37,086 bases of DNA from a virus (IMGVR_UViG_3300032250_000072:1-37086), one strand, 5' to 3'. Positions 26,085 to 34,896 are shown, counted from the first letter of the stretch. The notes: generated by a model not told the origin, from the letters alone. Translations and numbers: made by a program.

Positions 26085-27519
26085 CTCCGCCCTCGATGTC
26101 TACACTACCGGAAGCCAGTACAAACTTGACTGGGTCTGTGAGCGTTATTTCCACAACAAAGTCCCGTGCCGAGCCCAACCTGCGCAGAATAACACGAGTA
26201 TTGAACTCACCGATCTTGCCCAGAGGCACCCAGCGCTCATTGCCAAAAACGTGTCCCCCGTTGCGGGAGATGCGCAGTACCACCTGCGGGTCAACGCCCG
26301 GGGTAGGTACCGTGCCATTAAGGCCAACGCCAGTCTCAAAGTCAAGAAAAAGTTCAGAGATTGTAAACTCATTCCCTTGATTACGAACGTGGCGTGTGAC
26401 AACCTGCCGCTTGATGGGGATGCCGTTATCAGTGTAGGTGTCTGTACGCAGCTCGTAGATACGCCCTGTTGTTTCATCCGTGACGTAGTTGCGACCATTG
26501 AACGTCACCCCATACTGCGCAAAGTGACGGGCTGTCTCTGTTACGCCAGTCTGTGCTTCGTGCCAAATGGCAGTCCTTGTATCGTAGGCAAATGACCTAT
26601 TCTCTGTGGGGAATGTAATCTGATAGATGGGGTGTCCGTACACACTGTACGTGAACGCCACCGCATCATCCACACGGCTAAACGATGAGAACAGCGTGTT
26701 TAGGTCAGAGTCGCTAATTTCCTCAGGAATAAAGCCGTTCAACCTAATTACCGAGAGGCCACCATCCGGCGCATAGCCGAGGAAGACATAGGTGTTGCTC
26801 ACCTCAACAGTAGAAAGATCAGCAGCCAGACCCCAGCTCTGCGTGGCACCGTTGATGCGCTGATAGGGCAGGGGCAGTGAACCTACATCCTGCCAAAACT
26901 CAATGGACTGCTGGCCCCACAACACCAGCGCACCGTTCAAGTTGCCTACGCGCACCAGTAGGTCACTGCTATTTTCCTTGGTGCCAGTAATGGGTAGCGA
27001 GCCAAGGTAGGTCCAGTTCAACCCATCCAACAGCGCACTGACGTAAAACTCCCGCGTACCGGGCTTGTTGACGACAAAGCGCCCGTTGAGAAAAATTACG
27101 GACGATGCCCCAACGGGGAAGAACGTGGACGTGATGGCGGTAAGCGTACCGGACGCCACCGTGTAGACGTAGCCCGTGCTACCTGTGACGATGATTAGCT
27201 GGATGCTGTTGTCTGCAATTTCAACGCGTCCACTACCGCCAAAAATTCCACCGGCTAGAGCTGTGTACACCCCCGCCGTGGTCACCGAGTACAGCGTGTC
27301 ACCCGCCACAACATACATGGTGGTGCCGATTACGTGCCACCCCCGCACGGGAGACTTAGGCAGCGTAGCCCATACCACACTGCCAGGAGTGCCCAGCAAC
27401 ACCACGGCGGAGCGGTCTTGGTCTTTGCGAATATCGTAAAGACAGTTCACCCGCCGTTGGCGGGTTACGATGTCCGATATTGCGCGGATACCAGTACCGA
27501 ACAGCGGTATGGTACGCAC
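26077..27519 (-). CDS. P22 gp10-like tail hub / DNA stabilization protein
   Basis: Beta-propeller-like N-terminus, SIEFW, Y...GH..Y..TFPT....YD.....WHE, ETGVG, LRISRNGG..FG, G.IGE...RV..RRLG.ARD. GTG start 27519. Confidence 0.88.
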   Translation of the reverse strand: MRTIPLFGTGIRAISDIVTRQRRVNCLYDIRKDQDRSAVVLLGTPGSVVWATLPKSPVRGWHVIGTTMYVVAGDTLYSVTTAGVYTALAGGIFGGSGRVEIADNSIQLIIVTGSTGYVYTVASGTLTAITSTFFPVGASSVIFLNGRFVVNKPGTREFYVSALLDGLNWTYLGSLPITGTKENSSDLLVRVGNLNGALVLWGQQSIEFWQDVGSLPLPYQRINGATQSWGLAADLSTVEVSNTYVFLGYAPDGGLSVIRLNGFIPEEISDSDLNTLFSSFSRVDDAVAFTYSVYGHPIYQITFPTENRSFAYDTRTAIWHEAQTGVTETARHFAQYGVTFNGRNYVTDETTGRIYELRTDTYTDNGIPIKRQVVTRHVRNQGNEFTISELFLDFETGVGLNGTVPTPGVDPQVVLRISRNGGHVFGNERWVPLGKIGEFNTRVILRRLGSARDFVVEITLTDPVKFVLASGSVDIEGGDD

Positions 27520-27520
27520 G

Positions 27521-28474
27521 TTAGTCTTCCCCAGGTTGGAAGTACATTGTAGACCGCTCTGCGTCGCCCTGCCGCGCAATCAACAGCGCGGTATTCTTCA
27601 GCCCCTCCATCTTAGGAGACCACTGAGCCTTGAACATGGGGGCAATTTGCTCACTCAGGCCCCAGCACAGCGCCAAGTACCACTCCTGCGGATAGTATGG
27701 GTTATCCGCGTTTGCAATCATGTCTTGGATTGGCTCTTGGTACGTGATGACGATATGGCTGCGCGTGTCTCCCGCACTACCGACGTCTGTGTACACTCTA
27801 GAAGTGCCAAGCCCACGCTCAAAGTAAATGGCGGTTGGGTCGCCCGAGTACAGGGGATCTGCTTTGTTGGGCAGATAGTCATAGTCCTGTACCGTCATAA
27901 GATCTAGGGGAGTATCCGTATTATTGATGTCGCGCAGAATGGCAGTCTCAATATCTTTTGGATTTTGAGCCGCCACGCTGTAGAAAAATACCGGGTTGCC
28001 GCTGGCCGCGCTACTGGGGAGTGCAACAGTTAGGTTGACTGTGGTACCTACCACGCTGCTCACGCCAGAGTAATGTAGAGCACCGCTGTCCAGGTACAGA
28101 GCTATCGTACTTGCTGTGGAAATGCCCGTGGCGCTGTCAACAATAATCGCTGTAGCGGCTGCCGCAGCCGACGCAGTGGTTGTGGTGCTGCTAAGATCAT
28201 TAGTCCAGCCCTGTACACTGGGACCGATAGTGTACGTGCCTGTACTGTTGTTGAGCAGCAGATGCCCCCGCTTGCGTGTCCACACTTTGAGGCCTGGGGC
28301 AAAGTCAGTTTTCCCCATCCACTGCTTGCACATCATGTTGAGCATGAGTGTGCAGTCGCTCATTTCATTAGCGGTGGGCTGCTCAGCGGGGTCCAGCTTG
28401 CCGATATTCAGCATAGCTTGCCGCACTATCTCATATTTTGTGACTCCAAAGGAGTAGATGCCGCTAGTCGCCAT
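27521..28474 (-). CDS. Head-tail adaptor (P22 gp4-like) with Ser/Thr/Ala-rich insertion
   Basis: MATSG.Y.F, A...IG, LNMM.KQW, PQEWYLAL.WGL. Lies upstream of the gp10-like gene. Confidence 0.7.
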   Translation of the reverse strand: MATSGIYSFGVTKYEIVRQAMLNIGKLDPAEQPTANEMSDCTLMLNMMCKQWMGKTDFAPGLKVWTRKRGHLLLNNSTGTYTIGPSVQGWTNDLSSTTTTASAAAAATAIIVDSATGISTASTIALYLDSGALHYSGVSSVVGTTVNLTVALPSSAASGNPVFFYSVAAQNPKDIETAILRDINNTDTPLDLMTVQDYDYLPNKADPLYSGDPTAIYFERGLGTSRVYTDVGSAGDTRSHIVITYQEPIQDMIANADNPYYPQEWYLALCWGLSEQIAPMFKAQWSPKMEGLKNTALLIARQGDAERSTMYFQPGED

Positions 28475-28478
28475 GGGG

Positions 28479-29546
28479 TTACGCCGCTTCTCGTTTTGCC
28501 GTTACGCAGTCACGCAGCACATTGTACACGGCACCCCAGGCTTGCCCAATAGTGATGTCCTTTTGGCACTGTGCAGTGCCGCTTTCTTCATCGCGAGTGC
28601 AACCTGTCCAGTTGTAGTGCAGCAGATGGCATGCCGGGGCAGCGTTGGCACCCCGGCCTGCGCACGTAGTATTTTCGCTCCATAGGGGAGTGGTGTTGAC
28701 CCAGTCACGTGTCAGGTTCTCGTGCGTGCTGTGGGACAAGAACACCACCTTTGCCATTGGCTCGCAAGCCATGGCATTCATAACTCCGGTCTCAGGCCCA
28801 ATAACTAGATCAACCTCTTGACAGAAGCTGAGCGTCTCCCGGATAGACCAGACACCAGACTTTTTGAGAATGCGTTGCTCATTCTCCCAGCCAGCCTCCA
28901 GCAACACGCAGTCATGTCCACCAGTCAGCACTATGCGTGCAGTGGGGAACTCTACAAGAATGCTAGCCAGCACGTTGTCTAAGCCAGCCCAGACTTTGTG
29001 TACGCTGCTCCCCGCCAATGACCACACCACCACCGGCCCGTCACCCAACTTGGTACGCTCTCGCTTGGCCCACTTAACTTCATCAGGAGTGGGGTAGAAG
29101 TGAGAGTCCAGAACATACGGAATTTCTGCAATCGCGTGCTGAAACTCTACGTAGTTTCTATTCATCAAGCTGTGGCGAACTTGGGGTGGATACAGTGCCA
29201 CCGTGCGGCCCTGCATACCGAGCAGCGTGCCCTCCACTGATTCGCTGAGGTTGACCCACTTGTCAAACTTCTTTTTATGCCAGTTCCAGAAGTCCATCAG
29301 ATTGCCGTTGGGCACTTGGTCCTTATCAAACAGTACCAAGTTGTCAATATTGGGGTCGTGCAGTACGACGTCAGCTCCCGGCAAACTGGAGAATACCGTG
29401 ACGTGATATCCTTCTTTCTTAAGACCAGCCCACACGCTGCTGGCTTGCATCAGGTCACCAAATGCGCCGTAGCGCACTACACAAGCAGTCTTTGCAGGCT
29501 TGTCGTTCTTGTAGCTGAATCTGTGCGTGTATTTGTTGCTCACCAC
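28479..29546 (-). CDS. GT9-family (GT-B) heptosyltransferase-like glycosyltransferase with C-terminal Cys cluster
   Basis: VVRYGAFGDLMQ, HDPNID, GSSVHKVW, SIRETL.....DLVIGPETGVMNA (D/E-S/T-G..H/N motif of WaaC/WaaF-like enzymes), C-terminal C..CH..H..C..C. Confidence 0.88.
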   Translation of the reverse strand: MVSNKYTHRFSYKNDKPAKTACVVRYGAFGDLMQASSVWAGLKKEGYHVTVFSSLPGADVVLHDPNIDNLVLFDKDQVPNGNLMDFWNWHKKKFDKWVNLSESVEGTLLGMQGRTVALYPPQVRHSLMNRNYVEFQHAIAEIPYVLDSHFYPTPDEVKWAKRERTKLGDGPVVVWSLAGSSVHKVWAGLDNVLASILVEFPTARIVLTGGHDCVLLEAGWENEQRILKKSGVWSIRETLSFCQEVDLVIGPETGVMNAMACEPMAKVVFLSHSTHENLTRDWVNTTPLWSENTTCAGRGANAAPACHLLHYNWTGCTRDEESGTAQCQKDITIGQAWGAVYNVLRDCVTAKREAA

Positions 29547-29806
29547 TTCACCTTATCTGCCCAATATGCTGGAGACTCTTTACCCTTGGCAATGTTCTTA
29601 GCGTGCCGCGCCTTGAATGACTCACGTCGCTTGCGCTCGGCTTCAGACTCGCCCTCTTTCTTTGGGCTGCCGCTAACGCCCTGCTGTCCAAAGCGAATAA
29701 CACGCTCCTTGCCGTCCCAGCACGCCTTTACCACGTGGCTCTTGGTGGGGTGCCCCGGCGTGCGTTGAGGCTTGTTGCACGCCATGTCGGCCTTCTTAAC
29801 CGCCAC
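29540..29806 (-). CDS. Conserved small basic phage protein
   Basis: NKP.RTP.HP.KSHVV, IRFGQQG, RRESFKARH, AYWADKVKW. Confidence 0.75.
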   Translation of the reverse strand: MAVKKADMACNKPQRTPGHPTKSHVVKACWDGKERVIRFGQQGVSGSPKKEGESEAERKRRESFKARHAKNIAKGKESPAYWADKVKW

Positions 29807-29990
29807 GCTTCTTCCTCATAACGTCAAGGGTCTGAGCAAGACGGGCACGCTGGCCCATTTTTCCTGACTTTTTGGCTGCGGTAGCCAGTTCCTCTTGAGG
29901 AATATTCTCGCCGCGCTTGATGCCAAGCGACTTGCGCAAAGCGCCAGGGCGCTCAATGGCCTCACCAATCCAATACTGCTGCTTAGGCAC
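29796..29990 (-). CDS. Conserved small basic phage protein
   Basis: WI..AI..PGALRKSLG...G..IP, G.RARLAQTL. GTG start at 29990 with AAGGAG upstream. Confidence 0.7.
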   Translation of the reverse strand: MPKQQYWIGEAIERPGALRKSLGIKRGENIPQEELATAAKKSGKMGQRARLAQTLDVMRKKRGG

Positions 29991-30159
29991 GCTTCTTCTC
30001 CTTTGCTGCATTCATGTTGTCGACAAGATTGGGATACGGTCTACCCGCTGCTTTGGCCGTGCGCTTGGCCTTAGCTTTCTGCTCGGGGGTCAAAGGCTTG
30101 GATGGACCAAGGTCTTTGCGGCGGGGCACTTCCCACACTGGCTTTTCAGACTTTTTCAT
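29983..30159 (-). CDS. 58-aa basic phage protein (not in the supplied ORF track)
   Basis: Manual translation MKKSEKPVWEVPRRKDLGPSKPLTPEQKAKAKRTAKAAGRPYPNLVDNMNAAKEKKRA*. Overlaps both neighbours in coupled fashion and fills the gap. Confidence 0.75.
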   Translation of the reverse strand: MKKSEKPVWEVPRRKDLGPSKPLTPEQKAKAKRTAKAAGRPYPNLVDNMNAAKEKKRA

Positions 30160-30677
30160 AGCTTCTTGAATATGAAAAGTAGACTATACTCATCGTCTTC
30201 ATTGCGCTTTTGGAAGTCTACCAAGTCCCACGACCCAACAAGGCGCATGGCGTCAACTACACGGTCATAGTTCACGTTCCACTTGTGGTCAGGATTGGCA
30301 CCGGGTTCTCCAACTTTGGGATACTCGTCCTCATCGGGCAGGTACAAAATCAGGTACCCGCCCTGCTTGACCACGCGGAACCACTCTTTGAGTGCTGAGG
30401 CGTAGTCTGTAATGTGCTCCAATGTGTGGCTGCTGTATGCAAAATCCATGCTTTGGCTTGCAAACATATCCAACTTGGTGGCGTCCTCACACATAATGTC
30501 TGGCCGCACGCTAAAACCGAACTGCGCGTGGTGCATGTTGTCCACACTGATGGCGTGGGGCAGCACCTTAAAGTCGCCTGCACCAATGTCTAGGCCACGG
30601 CCCCGCAAGTAGGGAGCAACCTCCCAAACTATCTTTCTAGACTCGGCCTTGTACGGCGCACTTGCAGACCAAACCAT
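30156..30677 (-). CDS. Class I SAM-dependent methyltransferase (Methyltransf_11-like)
   Basis: GLDIGAG motif I, DAT, DFAYSSHTLEH, EWFRVVKQGGYLILYLP. Confidence 0.9.
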   Translation of the reverse strand: MVWSASAPYKAESRKIVWEVAPYLRGRGLDIGAGDFKVLPHAISVDNMHHAQFGFSVRPDIMCEDATKLDMFASQSMDFAYSSHTLEHITDYASALKEWFRVVKQGGYLILYLPDEDEYPKVGEPGANPDHKWNVNYDRVVDAMRLVGSWDLVDFQKRNEDDEYSLLFIFKKL

Positions 30678-30679
30678 AG

Positions 30680-31033
30680 TTACAGAGCTCCAGCTTCCTC
30701 AGGCAACTTCCACATGGTTGCCTTGTTGTATGAAAACTTTACCACACCCAGCAAGGCAGCGGCCTTGTTGACCGAATCCCAAGACTGATTATTTTCTTCA
30801 GCAATCTTGTACACGGCAGACTTAGACAGTGGGCCTCCCTTCAAAATATTTAGAAGAAAGAGCCGCCCACTATCTACTTGATCAGTCTCAACAATTAAGT
30901 CGGGTTGGACGGGAGCCACCTTAGGAGGATCGACAAGCTCTCCGCTAGCATTGAACAGCAGCCCGTTTTGCTCAAACTTGGCTACCTTGTGCCCGACAAT
31001 AGTTCCAAAAGGCTTAGTCCTGTCCAACTTCAC
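30680..31033 (-). CDS. Hypothetical protein (head gene region)
   Basis: GTG start MKLDRTKPFG, FEQNG..FNA.G, possible C-terminal HTH-like segment. Confidence 0.6.
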   Translation of the reverse strand: MKLDRTKPFGTIVGHKVAKFEQNGLLFNASGELVDPPKVAPVQPDLIVETDQVDSGRLFLLNILKGGPLSKSAVYKIAEENNQSWDSVNKAAALLGVVKFSYNKATMWKLPEEAGAL

Positions 31034-31034
31034 T

Positions 31035-31322
31035 TTACATCCTCGACATCGTGTTGTTACGGGGAACAATGTACTCCGGTTGGCCGGGGTCAATGTCAAC
31101 CACCACGCCCTCCAGACCATTCATGCGCAGCTTGCGGTAGCCCATGTCCATTTCTGTGATGGTACCGGGCTGCTCAAACATACAGTCAGGAGGCGCTTGG
31201 TACGAGTACTGTGCGGTGTCAGTGGGGGTGCGGCGGGCGCTGGCAGCATCTGCCCAGGCCTCACCTCCGTCAGCGCGGCCAGTCACCGTAAGCTGATTGT
31301 TTTTCTCTTGAAGGAACAGCAT
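31035..31322 (-). CDS. Hypothetical protein
   Basis: ATG 31322 (MLFLQEK) has a GGAG SD. Alternative start 31337. Confidence 0.6.
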   Translation of the reverse strand: MLFLQEKNNQLTVTGRADGGEAWADAASARRTPTDTAQYSYQAPPDCMFEQPGTITEMDMGYRKLRMNGLEGVVVDIDPGQPEYIVPRNNTMSRM

Positions 31323-31341
31323 TTGTTGAATCTCCATGGGA

Positions 31342-31368
31342 ATAAAGGGGGCACGCAGCCCCCTTTAT
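31342..31368 (-). terminator. Rho-independent terminator downstream of capsid genes
   Basis: Perfect 11-bp inverted repeat ATAAAGGGGGC-ACGCA-GCCCCCTTTAT. Confidence 0.75.
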
Positions 31369-31387
31369 AGTCTAACGCACCGAGTGC

Positions 31388-31582
31388 TCAGTACCCATCG
31401 CCGGGGTACGACACATCCACCAGCTTGACCATTCGCATGTCGCGAATATCAGCCATGGGCTGATTGCTAATATCGTAGCCCGGAGGCATGACATTGAACT
31501 TGGTCATCTCGCCGTCGGGCGTGCCCTTCTTGTCGATGTAACCAGAAGTCTGGAAACCGACCATTTCCTTTTCCATTGCCAT
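31388..31582 (-). CDS. Small hypothetical protein
   Basis: AGGAG SD, SGYI.KKGTP, FN..PPG motif. Confidence 0.7.
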   Translation of the reverse strand: MAMEKEMVGFQTSGYIDKKGTPDGEMTKFNVMPPGYDISNQPMADIRDMRMVKLVDVSYPGDGY

Positions 31583-31596
31583 TTCAGTTCTCCTAC

Positions 31597-32124
31597 TTAG
31601 GCGGGCTTGGTGAGGTTGGCATCGTACGCAAGGCCATACTCGATGGCGAATGCGCTGATTGCCGTGGCGTCGGTACCGCGAAGGATGTGCACCGTATCAC
31701 CAGCGAAGACGTCAATGCCGCCTTCTGCCGTGTTGGTGCCAGCCTGCACGTTGCCCGTGGTGCCGGTTCCAGAAAGCTGGATGCGGGTAAACACGCCAGC
31801 AGTCATGGTTCCGGTGCCCGTGCCAAACGACAACGCAAACGGACCGTGCGTCGCCGTGGAGGTCGCCGCGCCGTTACGACCAAACACATGAATCAGACTA
31901 AACTGATCTGCGTTAATCGCAACTTGCGTGCCGGTACCATTCCACGCAGTCTGCGTGCTAGTGCCCGCAGTCAGCGAAGCTGCTTGAACCGCAAAAACCT
32001 TCATGTTAGTGAAGGCTACGAACTTGCCAAAGTTCGTACTTGCACCCGCCGTGTTTTGACCAAACCCATGCGACATGCGAGCAACGCTTGCCGGGTGGTC
32101 GTACGCAACAGAAACTTGTGACAT
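31597..32124 (-). CDS. Putative capsid decoration/minor head protein
   Basis: Directly after the capsid gene with strong AGGAGG SD. Thr/Gly/Ala-rich, YDHP motif. Confidence 0.65.
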   Translation of the reverse strand: MSQVSVAYDHPASVARMSHGFGQNTAGASTNFGKFVAFTNMKVFAVQAASLTAGTSTQTAWNGTGTQVAINADQFSLIHVFGRNGAATSTATHGPFALSFGTGTGTMTAGVFTRIQLSGTGTTGNVQAGTNTAEGGIDVFAGDTVHILRGTDATAISAFAIEYGLAYDANLTKPA

Positions 32125-32139
32125 GATGTAGTCCTCCTA

Positions 32140-33111
32140 TTAGGCTTGAGAGTCCCACTTCACAATGCGGGCGTTAGACGCCAGCGTGTGAACAATACCG
32201 AAGCCGCCCAGGTAGTACCAAGCGACACCCTTGCTGCGACCATAATCGCTGGGGATCTTGCCACGCATTTCTTCAGGAACTGCGATAGCTTCTGCCACCG
32301 TGTCGTTACCGAAGAAGAAGATCCAGTCGCTGTCGCCACCAGTCCAGGGCGTACCATTCAGACCGTCGGTACTATTGCCCTTGACGATGTTGGTCTGCTC
32401 GACGTAGCGAACGTTCTCGTAGCGGCCGATCTCGCCGTTCATGATCAGCTTGAAGCCAGTCTCACTGTACTGGTGGATGGTCTCAAGATTGTTCTTGAAC
32501 GTGCGCAGCGTGGTGGGCCAAGCCAGAGCGTAGTAGTCGTCGCCAATGTAGGCGGGAATATTGCGCTCCTTCATCGTGTCAACGATAGCCTTTGCATGGC
32601 TGTTGTTGAACGCGATTTGGTTAGTCCCAGTCACCGTGCCGTTGGTGTACAGGCTGATGGCGGCGGTGTCAGTGCCCCCGGTGGGGATAACACGCAGCGG
32701 CGTCTGATTGAACTGATACCAAGCAAGCCGGTCAAACGACTTGACAGCATCGTTCTTCAACACCTTCTGAATCAACTCCATGACGGGGAACTTGGACAGG
32801 TTGTCCAGCTTACCCGAGTACGGCACGCTGTTGCCAGCCTCACTGATCGTCAGAGTACCCTGAGTGATCGTGAAGTTGGTTTCAGGCATGGTGTTGGTTT
32901 CCACCAAGTTCCCGCCTGCCGTAGCAACGTCAGAGAAGACGTCCCACGTAAAGATGTCACCCTTCTTCTTGCCTTGCTGCGAGGCGTCGCGCACGTCAGC
33001 GAACTGACGGAACTTCACCAGCGGTTGCACCGCCATACGCAGCACGTTACTCAGCTGACGGCTGTACATAAAGCCGCCCAGCGAGTTGACTGCCCAGACT
33101 TGTCCGGCCAT
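32140..33111 (-). CDS. Major capsid protein (N4-gp56-like, HK97 fold)
   Basis: AGQVW....GG, KFRQF, E.GNSVPYSGKL, GEIGRYENVRYVEQ, DYGRSKGVAWY. AAAGGAG SD, follows the scaffold. Confidence 0.9.
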   Translation of the reverse strand: MAGQVWAVNSLGGFMYSRQLSNVLRMAVQPLVKFRQFADVRDASQQGKKKGDIFTWDVFSDVATAGGNLVETNTMPETNFTITQGTLTISEAGNSVPYSGKLDNLSKFPVMELIQKVLKNDAVKSFDRLAWYQFNQTPLRVIPTGGTDTAAISLYTNGTVTGTNQIAFNNSHAKAIVDTMKERNIPAYIGDDYYALAWPTTLRTFKNNLETIHQYSETGFKLIMNGEIGRYENVRYVEQTNIVKGNSTDGLNGTPWTGGDSDWIFFFGNDTVAEAIAVPEEMRGKIPSDYGRSKGVAWYYLGGFGIVHTLASNARIVKWDSQA

Positions 33112-33123
33112 GATTCTACTCCT

Positions 33124-34092
33124 TTAGCTTCTCATCCACTGAGGACCCCCGCGCCGCTGTGCCATGGAGGCAATCACGGAACTCGGGGAATCATCCACAT
33201 CATCTTCCTCAACCTTCACAGGCTTCGACTTGACGGAGGCCGTCGCTGTCGGAACCTTGGGGGCTGAGGCCTTACGCTCTGCCTTGGTAGCCATCGTTGT
33301 CTCGGCTGGCTTAGGAGCCGGAGCGATAGATTGCTTCCAAGTGCGAATTTCCTCGCCAATCGTGGAGTATCGTTCCCAGTACGAGCGCTGGTCACCTTCC
33401 TTAAGAAGTTGTGCGTCCCTGTCAAGGGCAATCTTCTTCAGAATGGGGTCAGACCAAACATCCGTGTACTCGGAGCTGAACTTTTCGATGGCTTGGTTAA
33501 AGGCAAGGCGTTCGTCGATAGTGCGGGAGACGTCGTCCCTACTGAGGGATGGACGAGCACTCGTCTGTTCGCGCAGCTTACGCAACGCGACAGTGGCCTC
33601 TTCTTCTGTGCCCACTTGTATAGCGCGGACAAGCGCTCGATCTTCTTCGTCTTGACGACGCCGAATTTCAGCTTCATCAACCTCAGGCCGGGCGATTTGC
33701 TCCAGCTTGCGGCGGGCTTCTGCTGCTTGACGGAGGTACTCGTCAGCAGCTTCAATCTTTTGTGCACGTTCGATCAACTGAGCTTCAGTTAGTTCGAGCT
33801 CTTTGCCATTGACCTTAATGCGGTAACGCCTGGGCTCCGCGCTGGTGGGGACAGTGGCCTCATCACCAGGAGACTGCTCCTCATCGGAGCCCGTGGTGTC
33901 GTCTGTCTCTACTTGCGCAGACTCTACAGCATACGGCTCAGTAGAGCCGTCGTCATTGACGTTGGCGAATTCATCAGCGCGTCCAGCATCCGTCTGATCA
34001 GCAATAGCGTTCAGGCGAGCGACACGGTCATCATTAGATGACCCAATGACGTCTTGTTCGTCACTAGACTGATTGACTTCGTCTTCATTCAT
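33124..34092 (-). CDS. Capsid scaffolding protein
   Basis: Acidic N-terminus, IKVNGKE.E, coiled coil, immediately upstream of the capsid gene. Confidence 0.8.
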   Translation of the reverse strand: MNEDEVNQSSDEQDVIGSSNDDRVARLNAIADQTDAGRADEFANVNDDGSTEPYAVESAQVETDDTTGSDEEQSPGDEATVPTSAEPRRYRIKVNGKELELTEAQLIERAQKIEAADEYLRQAAEARRKLEQIARPEVDEAEIRRRQDEEDRALVRAIQVGTEEEATVALRKLREQTSARPSLSRDDVSRTIDERLAFNQAIEKFSSEYTDVWSDPILKKIALDRDAQLLKEGDQRSYWERYSTIGEEIRTWKQSIAPAPKPAETTMATKAERKASAPKVPTATASVKSKPVKVEEDDVDDSPSSVIASMAQRRGGPQWMRS

Positions 34093-34363
34093 CTGACTCT
34101 TCTCCTTCTAAAAGCTCAAGCGCCTTGAGTCCGTCCAACACAGCTTGTGAAAGCCACTGCTCAAACATTTCAGCCACACGGGCTTCGTTCTGAGCTTTCA
34201 TCACTGCGCGGGTGTCGGTTGGGTCTACAGACTTTAGGCTTTGGATGGCCTCACTATAACACTCCTGCGCACGGTTGCGCAAGTATTGGCCCACACCAGA
34301 ACCCCAAAAAAGTTCAACTTCTTTACCAAACCCAGCACGCTCAAACAATTCTTGATTATCCAC
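34085..34363 (-). CDS. Hypothetical protein (portal-scaffold interval type)
   Basis: 92-aa helical ORF coupled to the scaffold, with SD. Confidence 0.65.
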   Translation of the reverse strand: MDNQELFERAGFGKEVELFWGSGVGQYLRNRAQECYSEAIQSLKSVDPTDTRAVMKAQNEARVAEMFEQWLSQAVLDGLKALELLEGEESDE

Positions 34364-34371
34364 ACACTACC

Positions 34372-34896
34372 TCACGAAAGCAGACGGACACCGCCACCCC
34401 CTAGGGCAGCAAACACGAGCTCAGCTTCCTGTTGCTGGAGCTCAGTGTAGGCAATAAGAAATTCTTGATCTTCCTCTATAATTACCTTGAGTTCGGCAGC
34501 GGACTGTTGCAGGGCTTGATAATTTTCATCTGCAATGCGCCTCTGCTGAATATCTAGCTCTAGCTTGGCAATGTCTCGCTGGAGGCTCCTAAGCTGATCA
34601 AATTCTCCACGGTAGGTGGTGAGCTTACGCACCACGCGTTGCGCCTGGGGTTCTGCAGATGCAGAGAGAGCGGCCACCACCTGCCTGATCTCGGGGGTGG
34701 TGTCATCACCACGCAGCAAGCTCTCCAGCCTAGCACGTTCTTGAACTCTCCACGCTTCCCACTCTAAACGCTTGCGTCTGTGTCGCAGCGCCGTACCACC
34801 TCCACCACCCTGCAGAATGGGTGGAGGTGGGGGTGCAGCGGCCCCCCAAGAGCTACCCCAGGACTTGCCCCACGACAGGCCCCAAGCCGAAGCCAC
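34372..34896 (-). CDS. Hypothetical protein with N-terminal SWG repeats and coiled coil
   Basis: MASAWGLSWGKSWGSSWG, poly-Pro/Gly linker. Confidence 0.65.
   Translation of the reverse strand: MASAWGLSWGKSWGSSWGAAAPPPPPILQGGGGGTALRHRRKRLEWEAWRVQERARLESLLRGDDTTPEIRQVVAALSASAEPQAQRVVRKLTTYRGEFDQLRSLQRDIAKLELDIQQRRIADENYQALQQSAAELKVIIEEDQEFLIAYTELQQQEAELVFAALGGGGVRLLS

Noticed and set aside
30156-30677. DNA methyltransferase
   Set aside because: Lacks DPPY/NPPY or PC motifs and resembles small-molecule/sugar methyltransferases.
32146-33267. 373-aa + strand ORF
   Set aside because: Antisense shadow of the codon-biased capsid gene.
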